Shown here one piece after another: positions 23,869 through 50,915 of a stretch of 64,000 bases of DNA (the stretch's first letter is position 1; each line of letters opens with the position of its first letter). Origin of the DNA: the human T2T-CHM13v2.0 reference genome, Homo sapiens. The notes below the pieces were generated by a model. The model did no database searches. It was given only the letters and a program-made list of their open reading frames with translations, and was not told where the DNA came from. The stretch is taken from assembly GCF_009914755.1 (NCBI RefSeq), contig NC_060931.1. One strand, written 5' to 3'. Position numbers and translations under genes: made by a program.

Positions 23869-24410
23869 GTAAGACGGATGCAGGCTTACTGTCTGATAAG
23901 ATGGTTTTGTCTCTCTGTGTGTTAGCTGTGGGATCTCTGATGTGTTCAATTGAGTGTTGAGGAGTTAGAGACTACCTATCCCCTTTTGTAGACCAGATGG
24001 AAAGTGAGAATGTTTGTGTTCATTTAACTCCAGAAGCATGGTACTGTGACCCTGATTCCAGGTGGGTTTTTTATTGCTAAGTAGTTTTTGCTCTTTAAAA
24101 TCAGAAATAATTGAGTTCCAAGTCCTCACCTCTTCAGCCACTCAGTTGCCTGGGAGGCAGTTCTGCTCCGTTCCCATGGATTACAATTTAGGTGCCTCTG
24201 TCGGGGGAATATCTCTTTCCTAGCAGAGATGACCAGGCGAACTGATCATCCGTCTAATCCCAACCCATTGTCCCGGTACCACATTCCCGAAACTACCAAG
24301 CATCCTTCTGTTGGCTTTCTGTCTTCTTCCATCCTGTGTGATTAGTGTGATTCCAATACACTGCTTTGTGTAATTCCACGAACTTGCACCTGGACTGTCC
24401 TTGTGATGAG

Positions 24411-24506
24411 GATTCCCAGCTTCCAAACTTAATGGTGATTTTCTATGAAGAGCTCTGGGTCCTGGATGTGTAGTAAGAACGAGGAAGTTCAAGAGGCATC
24501 AGCCAG
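24411..24506 (+). pseudogene. Fossil (dead) KRAB-B exon in ZKSCAN1 intron 5
   Basis: Conceptual translation GFPASKLN-VIFY-EELWVLDV**ERGSSRGIS resembles the KRAB-B consensus [23 protein letters not shown]. The acceptor is degenerate (CCTTGTGATGAG|GA) and the donor is dead (CCAG|ATAAGA). Confidence 0.65.
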
Positions 24507-24768
24507 ATAAGACAAGGTGACACTGTTGGCAGACATTTCCATTTGTCTCTGCTGGATCTTAACCCCTCAGGACAGTGCTGCAAAGAAGCCCTCACGTGAG
24601 TACAGCAATAGGGAGGTCCACAGCAAGCTTCTACCTGGAGAGGGCAAAGGGAGTGTGAATAAAGCGTGAACATGAAGGATGTTACTAATGAAACATCAAG
24701 TTCTATTTTTGATCAGGCATAAATGGGGCTTATAATTTCTCTTGGTACTTGCTCTTTGTACTAGATGA

Positions 24769-25149
<381 letters not shown>

Positions 25150-25488
25150 TAATGTCGTAACCACTTTTTTCCACCTACTCCTCTGTTACTTGAGCACTGT
25201 CAGCTCTGTGTTCCTCTCCTTGTTGGATAGAAACTATTTCCTGTGTCTGAAGATTCCTGTAGCCTGCCAGGTTCAAAACAAGTTCCTTGACCAGGCACAA
25301 TGGCTCACACCTGTAATCCCAACACTCGAGGAGGCTGTGGCAAGAGGATCACTTGAAGCCAGGAGTTCAGGACCAGCATGGGCAATATAGCAAGACCACT
25401 GTCTCTACAAAAAAATTTAAAAATTAGCCAGGCGGGGTGGTGCAGGCCTATAGTCCCAGCTACTTGGGAGGCTGAGGCAGGAGGATCA

Positions 25489-25608
<120 letters not shown>

Positions 25609-26072
25609 TCATCAGCTTGTTGATAGAAAACTCACAGAATTGGAGAAATATTTACTATTCCTTTCTTTCTGCTAATACCACTAATCATTTTCTATGAAAG
25701 ACCTGTTCTTTTTTTGAACTTATGAATAATGTTAGAAATGGAACATGATGTTTTAAATGTATACATAAACCTTCCAATTAATTATCAGGTGATCCAGTAG
25801 TAGACCTGTGACCTCTGAAGGCTCCTGCTTCTCATCCCTTCCCTTCTGCTGTGATTTGTTGTCTTCCCTCTGCTCATTCCCCTTGTGTCTGTTTCTTCCA
25901 TCCTCTCCCCATGCTCCCTCTGTTGTCATTTCCCCTTACTCTCCACTCTTTGCCTGCGCTCTCATTTTCCAAATTTTTGTTGTTCCAAAACTAGGACAAC
26001 AGATCTTCCTGTTGTCCCAGTTTTTCCCCTTGTTTTTCTCCTATTTTATGTCCAATTAATATTGTGAAGTCA

Positions 26073-35157
<9,085 letters not shown>

Positions 35158-35185
<28 letters not shown>

Positions 35186-35220
35186 CTTGTGCTGGTTTGT
35201 TTTTTGTTCTTTGTTTTTCT
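35158..35220 (+). terminator. ZKSCAN1: Distal polyadenylation signal of ZKSCAN1
   Basis: AATAAA at 35158-35163 followed by a GU/U-rich downstream element GTGCTTGTGCTGGTTTGTTTTTTGTTCTTTG. Confidence 0.7.
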
Positions 35221-35336
35221 CATCCTTGGTTGCATAAATACACATTGGGGGTGAAGAAAAAAAAGTATTCCAAAGTTAAAAGACTGGAGCTGCAACCCAC
35301 AAACAAAATTCTCATGCAAAACTATCTGTTTACTTT

Positions 35337-36170
<834 letters not shown>

Positions 36171-36227
36171 GTCTCATATATATTTTTATTATATATACAC
36201 ATGTGTATGTGTATATGTGTATAGATA

Positions 36228-36230
<3 letters not shown>

Positions 36231-36258
<28 letters not shown>
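36231..36258 (+). repeat. (GT)14 microsatellite preceded by TA/ATGT-rich alternating sequence
   Basis: Read directly from the sequence. Confidence 0.95.
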
Positions 36259-36261
<3 letters not shown>

Positions 36262-36286
36262 CGAATACACCACCACACCCAGGTAA

Positions 36287-36496
<210 letters not shown>

Positions 36497-36747
36497 TAGT
36501 GTTAGCCAGGATGGTCTCGATCTCCTGACCTCATGATCTGCCTGCCTAGGCCTCCCAAAGTGCTGGGATTACAGGCGTGAGCCACCGCACCTGGCCTTTT
36601 TTGGGTATTTTTTGTAGTGACAGTCTGGCTATTTCCCAAGCTGGTCTTGAACTCTTGGGCTCAAGTGATCTGCCTGCCTTGGCCTCACAGGTGTGAGCCA
36701 CCACACCCAGCCCTATTTTTTCTTAATAATTATTTTTTCTTTTATAG

Positions 36748-36894
<147 letters not shown>

Positions 36895-36897
36895 TAA

Positions 36898-37152
<255 letters not shown>

Positions 37153-37171
37153 TGAGCCACCATGCAAGGGC

Positions 37172-38225
<1,054 letters not shown>

Positions 38226-38961
38226 ATGAAGTTTAACTCCACCATTCCACTTTCATTCTCTTTTCCTTTCAATTTCTTTAGCAAATGTCTTTGCAGCTTT
38301 CCAACATGCTGCACATGTCTTCTGCTTCCTGGAAGAAAAAGGACATGTTCGGAGTTGTCATGCGCCAGAGGCTTGCCCAGCCTGCTCTAAGGGAAGTCAC
38401 GGTTTGGTTACCCTCTGCTGGCCAGCTGATGGCAGCAAAAATAGGTGATGATGAGAACGAGCGAGGAAGATCCAGAAATGCACCTTTTTAGAGAGAACCA
38501 TGAACACCTTACTGGAAATGGAAGGAAGGTGCCAGAGACAACACTAAATGCTGGAATCTTTTCCTCTCCTGGGTTTCCGCTGCAAAGGGCACTGGAATTA
38601 TTTTTCTTTTGTCAAGCCAATAATCTCCCAGGCATGGTGGTGTGCATCTGATCCCGCTACTTGGGAGGCTGAGGCAGGAGGATTGCTTGAGCACAGGAAT
38701 TCTCGACCAGCCTGGGCAACATGGCGAAACCCCTACGAAACATTTTTTCAAAAAATAGGTGCGGTGCGGGTGCGGTGGCTCACGCCTGTAATCCCAGCAC
38801 TTTAGGAGGCCGAGGTGGGCAGATCCTGAGGTCAGGAGATCCAGACCATCCTGCCCAACATGGTGAAACCCCATCTCTACTAAAAATACAAAAAGCTAGG
38901 TGTGATTGCGCATGCCTGCAATCCCAGCAACTTGGGAGGCTGAGGCAGGAGAATTGCTTCA

Positions 38962-39162
<201 letters not shown>

Positions 39163-39304
39163 CTACCAGCCTGGGCAACATGGTAAAACCCCTAGAAATA
39201 ATTTTTTAGGGGCTGGGCGCAGTGGCTCACGCCTGTAATCCCAGCACTTTGGGAGGCCGAGGCGGGTGGATCACGAGGTCAGGAGATCGAGATCATCCTG
39301 GCTA

Positions 39305-39656
<352 letters not shown>

Positions 39657-40474
39657 CTACCGCAAATAAATAAATAAAAATAAAAAATCTCTTGAGACAC
39701 AGCAAGCACACAGGATTGGAGAATCTGGCTTGTGCTCTCAGCTTTGATACTAATTAGCTAACTAGTGTACCTTGGATCCGACTTCTTCAGGCACTGGTTT
39801 CTTCAACTGAAAACAAGAAACAAGAGTTTAACCAGATTGTCCTTAAGGTCTCTTTTGACGTTAATATTTTACAGCAGCTCTAAGCCCCTTTGCTTGAGGA
39901 GCATCTCAGCCCTGGAAAGGACAATGGGTTTGGAAATAGATGGATTTTCTTCAAGCCCCAGCATAACCACTTAATGGTTTCATAACTAGACAAAGACCCG
40001 TTGACCAAGAGGCTGAATGGAGCCCCACCAAAGCATCGACACAGGTGTGGCTCTTGAAATGTGTGTAGGTTTCCCGGTTCTTCCCTCTGTCCTGGTGATC
40101 CTGTTTCCATTTCCCATCTCTTTCTTCCCCGTCTAACTGAGAGGCAGTAGAGCACAGGCTTTGGAGAAAGGGGGCCAAGTTTCACTCCTGATGCTCCCAC
40201 GTATCAGTTGTGTGATATTGGAAAAGTGACTTTTTGGAGCCTGTTTCCTGGTCTATAAAATGGAGATTTTGGGGCCAGGCACAGTGGCTCACGGTGGCTC
40301 CCAGCACTTTGGGAGGCTGAGGCAGGTGGATCACTTGAGGTCACGAGTTCAAGACCATGGGGGAATGAATTAAAAGGACTAACCATGTAACAATTGTTAA
40401 AGCTGGCCAATGTATATGGAGGCTTTTTTTTTTTTTTTGGTGAGACAGAGTCTCACTCTGTCACCAGGCTGTAG

Positions 40475-40657
<183 letters not shown>

Positions 40658-40897
40658 TGATCCGCCTGCCTCAGCCTCCTAAAGTGCTGGGATTACAGGC
40701 GTGAGCCACCGTGCCCTGCCAAGGCTCATTTTTTTTTTTTTTTAAGAGAAAGCAAGTTTATTAGAGAAGTAAAGAAACAGCTGGGCACGGTGGCTCACAC
40801 CTGTAATCCCAGCACTTTGGGAGGGCGAGGCGGGCAGATCATGAGGTCAGGAGATCAAGACCATCCTGGCCAACATGGTGAAACCCTGTCTCTACTA

Positions 40898-41065
<168 letters not shown>

Positions 41066-41527
41066 TCAAAAAAAAAAAAGAAAGAAACAAAAGAATGCAC
41101 ATGGAGGCTCATTTTCTCTAATTTTGCATGTCTTTAAACATAAAAAATTTTTAAATTATCCTGGAAAATGTCAGGGAAAAATGATATTGAGTATCTATGA
41201 ATTCATGACGCGTATGGACAGGGAATTCCACGTGCAGGCAGCCATATTGGTGTTCCTCAACACATGTGAGTTTTGCAGGACCAGACAAAAGCAAACTCAC
41301 AGGGGGCCCGATGGAGTAGTGCTGAGGTGGAAAATACAGACTCTTCAGTCTGGAAACCTGCAGCTGAGCCAGAGCAGCAGGAGGAAAAGGCAGGCAAAGA
41401 CATCTTCATCGAGTCCTGCAGCATTGGAAGGAGTTCAGCCCCTAGGTCTTCTGCTCAGGAAGTTTAGGACCCACAGAAGGGCAAGGCTACTTCTGATTGA
41501 TGTCACCATGACCCTGGTCTGCAAAGT

Positions 41528-42840
41528 TGAGGACTAAACTCTGACTGTTTTCTTCTTTTGCCCAAATTACTATCTAAGGGGCCTGGAGAGTCACCCCCTT
41601 CAAACCATAAAGCCTCATCAGACAGGTTTTATTTAACTTTATATAACCTGGCTGACTTTTCAACCAGGCTCTGGCATAACATCACATGGCAGATAAAGAA
41701 GGAAACGAAAATATTTCCACCCCAAATATGTTTTTTTGCCATATCTTGAAATAACCCTACCAAGCTGTCTTCTCGTGGGGAAAATCTACACTTGGTAGAG
41801 AATCCCCTTCCCTTTCCAGGCCTTTTTCCTGATCCAGGAGAGAATCAACTGGGCGTCTGGCACTTTTTAAAGTCTGATAAGAAATATTTGCAGTCTGTTC
41901 TTTCTGAAGCCGGCTGCCTGGAGGCTCCATCTGCATAATGGGAACCCTGGTCTCCACAACCCCTTAGTTCAGCGGTCCCCAACCTTTTTTGGCACCAGGA
42001 ACCAGTTTTGTGGAAGACAGTTTTTTCCATGGATGGCAGGAGGGGGATGGATGGTTTCGTGGTTTCAGGATGATTCAAGCACATTACATTTATTGTGTAC
42101 TTTATTTCTATTATTATTACATTGTAATATATCATGAAATAATTGTACAACTCATCATAACATAGAATTAGTGGGAGCCCTGAGTTTGTTTTCCTGTAAT
42201 TAGAGGGTTCCATTGGGGAATTATGGGAGACAGCGACAGATCATCAGGTATTAGATTCTCATAAAGAGTGCACAACCTAGATCCCTCGCATGCACTGTCC
42301 ACAATAGGGTTTGTGCTCCTGTAAGAATCTAATGCTATGGCTGATCTGACAGGAGGCGGAGCTCAGGCAGTAATTAGAGCAATGGGGAGTGGCTGTAGAT
42401 ACAGGTGAAGCTTTGCTCCTGCAGCTCACCTCCTGCAGTAACGGCCCAGTTCCTAACAGGCCATGGACTGGTATCTGTCTGTGCCCCAAGGGTTGGGGAC
42501 CCCTGCCTTAGTCATCCCAGACATTCCTTTCTATTGATTATAGGTCTTTAGACAATAACTTTCAGCCAGTTGCCCATTAGAAGATCCTTGAGTTCACCTA
42601 TGACTTGGAACATCCCCGCTTGGAATTGTCCTGCCTTTCCCACAGAACCAATGTTCATCTTACATGTCTTGATTGGTGTCTTATGTCTCCCTAAATTGTA
42701 TAAACCCAAGCTGTAGCCCGACCATCATAGGTACATGTTCTTAGGACCTCTTGAGACTGTACCTTGGGCCATTGGTCACTCATATTTGTCTCAAAATAAA
42801 TGTCTTCAAATATTTTACAGTTTGATTGTTTTCATCAACG
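41528..42840 (+). mobile_element. MER4D-type solo LTR (interrupted by MER1A), ending ~400 bp upstream of the ZSCAN21 promoter
   Basis: Starts TGAGGACTAAACTCTGA...TTGCCCAAATTACTATCTAAGGGG; ends with TATAAA, AATAAA and ...AAATATTTTACAG..TTTTCATCAAC. Confidence 0.7.
41970..42505. mobile_element. Full-length MER1A (hAT-Charlie) non-autonomous DNA transposon
   Basis: Terminal inverted repeats CAGCGGTCCCCAACC ... GGTTGGGGACCCCTG; 8-bp TSD CCTTAGTT (41962-41969) / CCTTAGTC (42506-42513). Confidence 0.9.
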
Positions 42841-42999
42841 AAGTATTAACTCAATCTCTGGCTTCACGGGCCAAGCACAGCGTTCCATGTCCATAAACCT
42901 GGACCGAGGAGCTGGGCCCAAGGGTATCCAGTGACCTCGATCCAGGTTTATGGACAAGGAACCCTGTGCTTATCCCAAGGGTACTCAGGGACCTTGGGC

Positions 43000-43530
43000 T
43001 CTGAAGTCCACGAGGGTGACCGAGGTGGCTGCCTCAGCCCATGCCCTCCCTGCCCCAGGGCGTCGGGGTTGGGTGAGAGAACCGCCGCAGCCTTCATCTG
43101 GTCTGACCGTCTTCGGTAAAAACAGAAAGAGTCCCTGGCTTTTCATTTTCGGGGTGGACTCAACTCCTCCCTGATGTCCCAAGGGCCAGAGACACAGAGA
43201 GGACCTCCCGAATTTCTAGAGGGGCCGCTACGGCCCCGCACTACTTTTCCGCGGGGGCGGGGCTATGACGCACTTCCGGGTGCGCGGTCCCGAGGTACGC
43301 GGTGCGGTCTCCCGGTACCCGGAGCGGCTCTGATTCATGGTGAGCCTGCTGGTCGCGGGTTAGCGAGGCGGACAGGAGAGGGAGCCGTGGCTGAATGGTC
43401 TGGGGAGGGAGGAGTGGGTTTAGCAGCTGTGGCTTCCGAGGACCCCACCTAGACCGGTCCTAGCAGGGCTGTGGGGAGGAGCTCCTCGTCCCCGCCCAGG
43501 ACCAGCTGGTGGGGGCGCTGGCTGCCTGGA
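43000..43530 (+). promoter_or_regulatory. ZSCAN21: CpG-island promoter of ZSCAN21
   Basis: CpG-rich. GC box GGGGCGGGG at ~43254; CRE-half/ETS composite TGACGCACTTCCGG at 43266-43279. Confidence 0.9.
43285..43339 (+). other. ZSCAN21: ZSCAN21 exon 1 (non-coding; transcription start approximate)
   Basis: Donor CATG|GTGAGC at 43339/43340. Confidence 0.8.
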
Positions 43531-43985
43531 AAGCCTTTTCTTCCACTTGGGGCTTTAACAAATGAAAGCTGGAAGAACAGATGTTTTGGAAGTTCTTTCG
43601 CGTTCCAGAATAGTTTTTTTTGTGCGTTCCCCAAGCCAAGCCGTCTATCAGTCTGACCGTGGCCGCCTTTTTTCCCTTTCTCTGAACTGGAGGTCCGAAC
43701 GCAAGGCTCATTGATGGCAATACGCCCAAGGTGTTGGAAACCTGTGGGAAGCCGAACCTCATTAGAAGTGTTGGGTAGAATCAAATCCAAGGGAAGAAAT
43801 AGTCCCCTCGGGCTTTGTTCGGGCTAGAACACACACACAGAATAGGGATCTGCTCATGGTTTAGAAAAACAGTCTTAAAGAACCATGTATAAATAAAAGA
43901 GTGTCAGGACAAAGTTGATTTGGGCCAGGCGCGGTGGCTCACGCCTGTAATCCCAGCAGTTCGGGAGGCCGAGGCCGGCGGATCA

Positions 43986-44305
<320 letters not shown>

Positions 44306-44427
44306 TCAAGTGTTGGAAGGCTGCTATGGAGAAAGTGAGTATTGGTCTTGGACTAACCTAGGATTTTTGAAATGATGCGGAATTTGATTCAGGTTAAAGA
44401 ATTTGTGTGGCCGGGCGCGGTGGCTCA

Positions 44428-44674
<247 letters not shown>

Positions 44675-44761
44675 TCAAAAAAAAAAAAAAAAAAAAAAGG
44701 AAGAACTTGTAACAATTAGTGGAATTCTGTGGCTCAAGAATTATCTAATTTGGCTGCCTAG

Positions 44762-44968
<207 letters not shown>

Positions 44969-45959
44969 TAGTAGAGACGGGGTTTCACCGTGTTAGCCAG
45001 AATGGTCTCGATCTCCTGACCTCGTGATCTGCCCGCCTCGGGCCTCCCAAAGTGCTGGAATTACAGGTGTGAGCCACGGCGCCGGGCCCCCTAGGGATTT
45101 TCAGGTACGGACTGAGTGTGAAGCATTTTAGCACAAGTGGGTAAGTGCTGTTCTACTTTTAGAATCTATGGTAATTTGATTTTTTTATGCCTCATCTTGT
45201 TACAGAATGGACTTGGGGCGCTTTCATAAGGGCATATAAGCTGTGGGAGATTGGCATAAAGGAGGAGGGAAAATGGACACAGAACAAGGGCCTTCTGTTT
45301 ATGATAGACCATGAACTTTTGCTTGATGGACTTCTTGAGATAAACAGTCTAGATAGCTTTTAAAAAGTCACTGTGATTGTAGACAATGTGAGTTAGTAAT
45401 GAAGCATTTGATTTCTAGCCGCATGCTTCTTTATTTTTTTAAGAGACAGGGTTTTCCTTTGTCACCCAGGCTGGAGCACAGTGGTACAGCCACAACTCTG
45501 CAGCCCGGAACTCCTGAGCTCAAGTTATGCCTCAGCCTGGGCAACAAAGCAAGACTTCGTTTCTACAAAAATAAGTAAATCAATAAATAAATTTTTTTTA
45601 ATTAGCTAGATGTGGTGATGCACACCTGTAGTCCTGGCTACTTTGGAGGCTGAGGTGAGAGGATCGCTTGAGGCCAGGAGTTCAACGCTGCAGTGAGCTG
45701 TCATGGCACCACTACACGCCAGCCTGGGCAACAAAGCGAGACCCTGCCTCTGTAATTGAAAAACAATAAAATAAAGACCCAGTGAAGTGGTTCACGCCTG
45801 TAACCCCAGAACTTTGAGAGACCAAGGCAAGAAGATGGCTTGAGACTAGGAGTTCAAGACTTCCGTGAGCTGTGATTGTGCCACTGCACTCCAGTCTAGG
45901 CAACAGGCTAAGACACTGTCTCTAAAAAATAAAAAAATTAAATTAAAAAAAAAAAGTGA

Positions 45960-46250
45960 AAGAGGATTCGGGATGACCCCAGGTTTTTCGGTCCAAGTAA
46001 AAAGAACAATGAGAGTTGCCATTAGCTGAGATGAGCAGCTTTTGAGGGAGAGATGGGAATTCCATTTTGGACATGTTAAGGTTGAGATGTCTTACTGGAC
46101 ATCCAGGTGGTAATGGCAAGTGGGTAGTTGGTCGTATGAGTCTGGAGGTCAGCAGGGAGGTCTAAGTTGGAGATACAGTTTGGGCAGTTGTGAGTATATA
46201 GATGGTAATTAAAACCATGCAACTTGTGAAATCACCAAGGAGAGTGAGTG
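45960..46250 (-). mobile_element. L2 LINE fragment
   Basis: GATGACCCCAGGTTTTT...TTTTGGACATGTTAAGGTTGAGATGTC...GGACATCCAGGTGG is typical of the L2 3' region. Confidence 0.65.
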
Positions 46251-46421
46251 CAGGAAGGAGGAAGGGCACCCGGCCCTCTACTCGTTTGTAGTCTTTATGC
46301 ATTGTACATTTGAGTTGTGTGCACCGCAAAACTGATGTACCACCGGGCGTGGTGGCTCACGCCTGTAATCCCAGCACTCTGCGAGGCCGAGGTGGGCAGA
46401 TCACTTGAGGTCAGGAGTTCA

Positions 46422-46658
<237 letters not shown>

Positions 46659-47012
46659 TCACTTAGCTAATGAGCTTACCCAGCCAACTGCCCAGCAGCA
46701 ACATCCAAGGAAACTTTTTTTTCTGTAATTTGCAGAGGCAATCATGTGATCCAGTGGCATCTGTGAATTTGGATTCACCAAGTTCTCAGAGTGTATCGCA
46801 CATGAATGTTATGTTACTACATGACGCTCCCTGTGTGATGCCAGCAGGTGCTGCATGACTCCCTGGTGAATTGCCTTGTTTCCCAGGCCAGATCACAGAA
46901 GCTGAGCAGCCCAAACAATGGTTTCTTTCCTGGTCTTAGGGTGCCCTCCTCTGGATAGAGTATTAAATTTTGTAACAGTTACGTAAAGTTAATCTGCCAC
47001 TGAGGAGGGCTC

Positions 47013-47013
<1 letters not shown>

Positions 47014-47043
<30 letters not shown>

Positions 47044-47053
47044 CATACATACA
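47014..47053 (+). repeat. (TACA)10 tetranucleotide microsatellite
   Basis: Read directly; it adjoins the poly-T of an antisense Alu. Confidence 0.95.
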
Positions 47054-47254
47054 TAATTTTTTTTTTTTTTTTTTTTTTGCAACAGAGTCTTACTCTGTTA
47101 CCCAGGCTGGAGTGTAGTGACAGGATCTTGGCTCACTACAACCTCCACCTCCCAGGTTCAAGTGATTCCCTGCCTCAGCCTCCCAAGTAGCTGGGATTAC
47201 AGGTGCCTGCCACCACTCCCAGCTAATTTTTGTATTTTTAGTGGAGACTGTAAC

Positions 47255-47415
47255 TTGTAATTTTATGGCAACTATATTTTTTTAGGTTTAACATGTGGCC
47301 CTAAAGAACCAGAAACCGAAAGGAACCAGTATTCCTGCCCCACAGAGTCCCATCTTTAGTGAGGCTATTTCTGGAGTTTATATGATGACCAAGATACTAG
47401 GTATGGCCCCAGTTC
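47255..47415 (+). other. Duplicated copy of the ZSCAN21 intron-1/exon-2 junction inserted inside an antisense Alu
   Basis: 47286-47415 versus 50421-50550 gives 119/130 identical with no indels; the upstream acceptor was copied too. The host Alu is broken at GTGGAGAC | TTCACCATGTTGG. Confidence 0.93.
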
Positions 47416-47652
47416 ACCATGTTGGCCAGGCTGGTCTCAACTCCTGGCCTCAAGTGATCCGCCTGCCTTGGCCTCCAGAAGTGCTGGGATTACGGCCGTT
47501 AGCCACCACGCCCGGCCAGTCGTTTTAAATATTCTAAAGAATGCTCTCCAGCACAGCTACCTCATTATTTCTTGTTTATTTTAGTCTTTGGTGCTCAGGC
47601 CTTTGTTTTAGTAGGTGAGATGACGTTGCATCTCCCCTGACTCAATTTTTAA

Positions 47653-48060
<408 letters not shown>

Positions 48061-48242
48061 TAGTTATAGTGCTTTTGAACAAATTTTGGGAAATAATTCT
48101 GTATGCATTTTTTTCCGTGCCTTACAGTTTCCCTTTTCATGCTTTGGTTTGCTTCCTGATGTCTTAATTCCACTGCTAAACACTCCACCAACATTTCTTT
48201 TGGTGGAGCGTGGTGGTGCGTGCCTGTAGTCCCAGCTACTCA

Positions 48243-48371
<129 letters not shown>

Positions 48372-48592
48372 CTAATCAAAGCCTTAATTTCATAACTATG
48401 AACCGTGTTTACAGAATGTTAGCACTAAAGTCCATTTTGTTTGTCAGAAAACTACTTATGATCTCTCTTTTTTTTTTTTTTTTGAGACTGAGTCTTGATC
48501 TGTCACCCAGGCTGGAGTGCAGTGGTGCAATCTTGGCTCACTGCATCCTTCCCCTCCCAGGTTAAAGCGATTCTCCTGCCTCAGCCTCCTGA

Positions 48593-48904
<312 letters not shown>

Positions 48905-49145
48905 TAGCTGAGATTACAGGTGCACACCACCATGCCCAGCTAATTTTTGTATTTTTAGTAGAGACAGGATTTCACCATGTTGGCCAGGCTGGTCTCAAGT
49001 CCAGGCCTGCCTCGGACTCCCAGAGTGCTGGGATTACAGGCATGAGCCACTGCGCCCGACCTCAGTTATTTTTAATGTACTAGTTAATTACACCCTTCGA
49101 GCATGACTCAGGTCATACTGACAGGCCCAGTCATTTGACTAGTGA

Positions 49146-49313
<168 letters not shown>

Positions 49314-49962
49314 TAACTTTTTTTTGTATTTTTAGTAGAAACAGGGTTTCACCATGTTAGCCAGGATGGTCTCGATCTCCTGACCTCGTGATCCGCCCGC
49401 CTTGGCCTCCCAAAGTGCTGGGATTACAGGCGTGAGCCACCGCGCCCGGCCCTCCTCTTTTTTTTTTTTAGACGGAGTCTCGCTCTGTCGCCCAGGCTGG
49501 AGTGCAGTGGCACAATCTCAGCTCACTGCAAGCTCCGTCTCCCGGGTTCACACCATTCTCCTGCTCAGCCTCCCAAGTAGCTGGGACTACAGGCACCCGC
49601 CACCACGCCTGGCTAATTTTTTGTATTTTTAGTAGAGATGAGGTTTCACCGTGTTAGCCAGGATGGTCTCGATCTCCTGACCTCGTGATCCGCCCACCTC
49701 AGCACCTCCCAAAGTGCTGGGATTACAGGCGTGAGCCACCATGCCTGGCCTTGACTAGTGAATTTTCATTGCTCAAGCTAAATGTCTTAGGTTTAAACAG
49801 ATGGCATCTAGCCAGTAGATAGCTTGATAAAATCTCAGAAACTATAATATCTATAGTGGTGAGATTCTGAACTAGTTTTGGAGCAAAGTTAACTTTAAAA
49901 TTATGCCACATTGCACTTTTTAGGAAAGTGGAGACCACTGAAATCAAAGTAGGATATCCTGA

Positions 49963-50289
<327 letters not shown>

Positions 50290-50516
50290 TGAGCAGTTGT
50301 TTTTGTATGGTAGTTTTATGGTGGACATAATTTCCACAATTTCTTGTGTTAAAGGTATGGCTGTAAAGACCCAAAAACACTTTTCAGTTTGATTATTTTT
50401 TGGTAACTATATTTTCTTAGGTTTAACTTGTGGCCCTAAAGAACTGGAAACCCAAAGGAACGAATATTCCTGCCCCACAGAGTCCCATCTTTGGTGAGGC
50501 TGTTTCTGGAGTTTAC

Positions 50517-50915
50517 ATGATGACCAAGGTACTAGGCATGGCCCCAGTTCTGGGCCCTAGGCCTCCACAGGAGCAGGTGGGGCCTCTGATGGTAAAAGTC
50601 GAGGAGAAAGAAGAGAAAGGCAAGTACCTTCCTAGCCTGGAGATGTTCCGCCAGCGCTTCAGGCAGTTTGGGTACCATGATACCCCTGGACCCCGAGAGG
50701 CCCTGAGCCAACTCCGGGTGCTCTGCTGTGAGTGGCTGAGGCCCGAGATCCACACCAAGGAGCAGATCCTGGAGCTACTGGTGCTGGAGCAGTTCCTGAC
50801 CATCCTGCCCCAGGAGCTCCAGGCCTGGGTGCAGGAGCATTGCCCGGAGAGCGCTGAAGAGGCTGTCACTCTCCTCGAAGATCTGGAGCGGGAACTGGAT
50901 GAGCCAGGACACCAG
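50517..50915 (+). CDS. ZSCAN21: ZSCAN21 coding part of exon 2 (exon is 50421-50915; SCAN domain)
   Basis: Acceptor TTTTCTTAG| at 50421; [10 protein letters not shown]...[28 protein letters not shown]..; donor CAG|GTAGGC; 399 nt. Confidence 0.97.

Noticed and set aside
24571-24663. Possible 25-nt micro-exon (CAG|...CAC|GTGAGT) and intronic AATAAA at 24658 in ZKSCAN1 intron 5
   Set aside because: Signals this short arise by chance and there is no independent support.
50430-50516. GTG-initiated N-terminal extension of ZSCAN21 shown in the ORF track
   Set aside because: The first in-frame ATG is 50517, and the segment is treated as 5'UTR (see the uORF finding).
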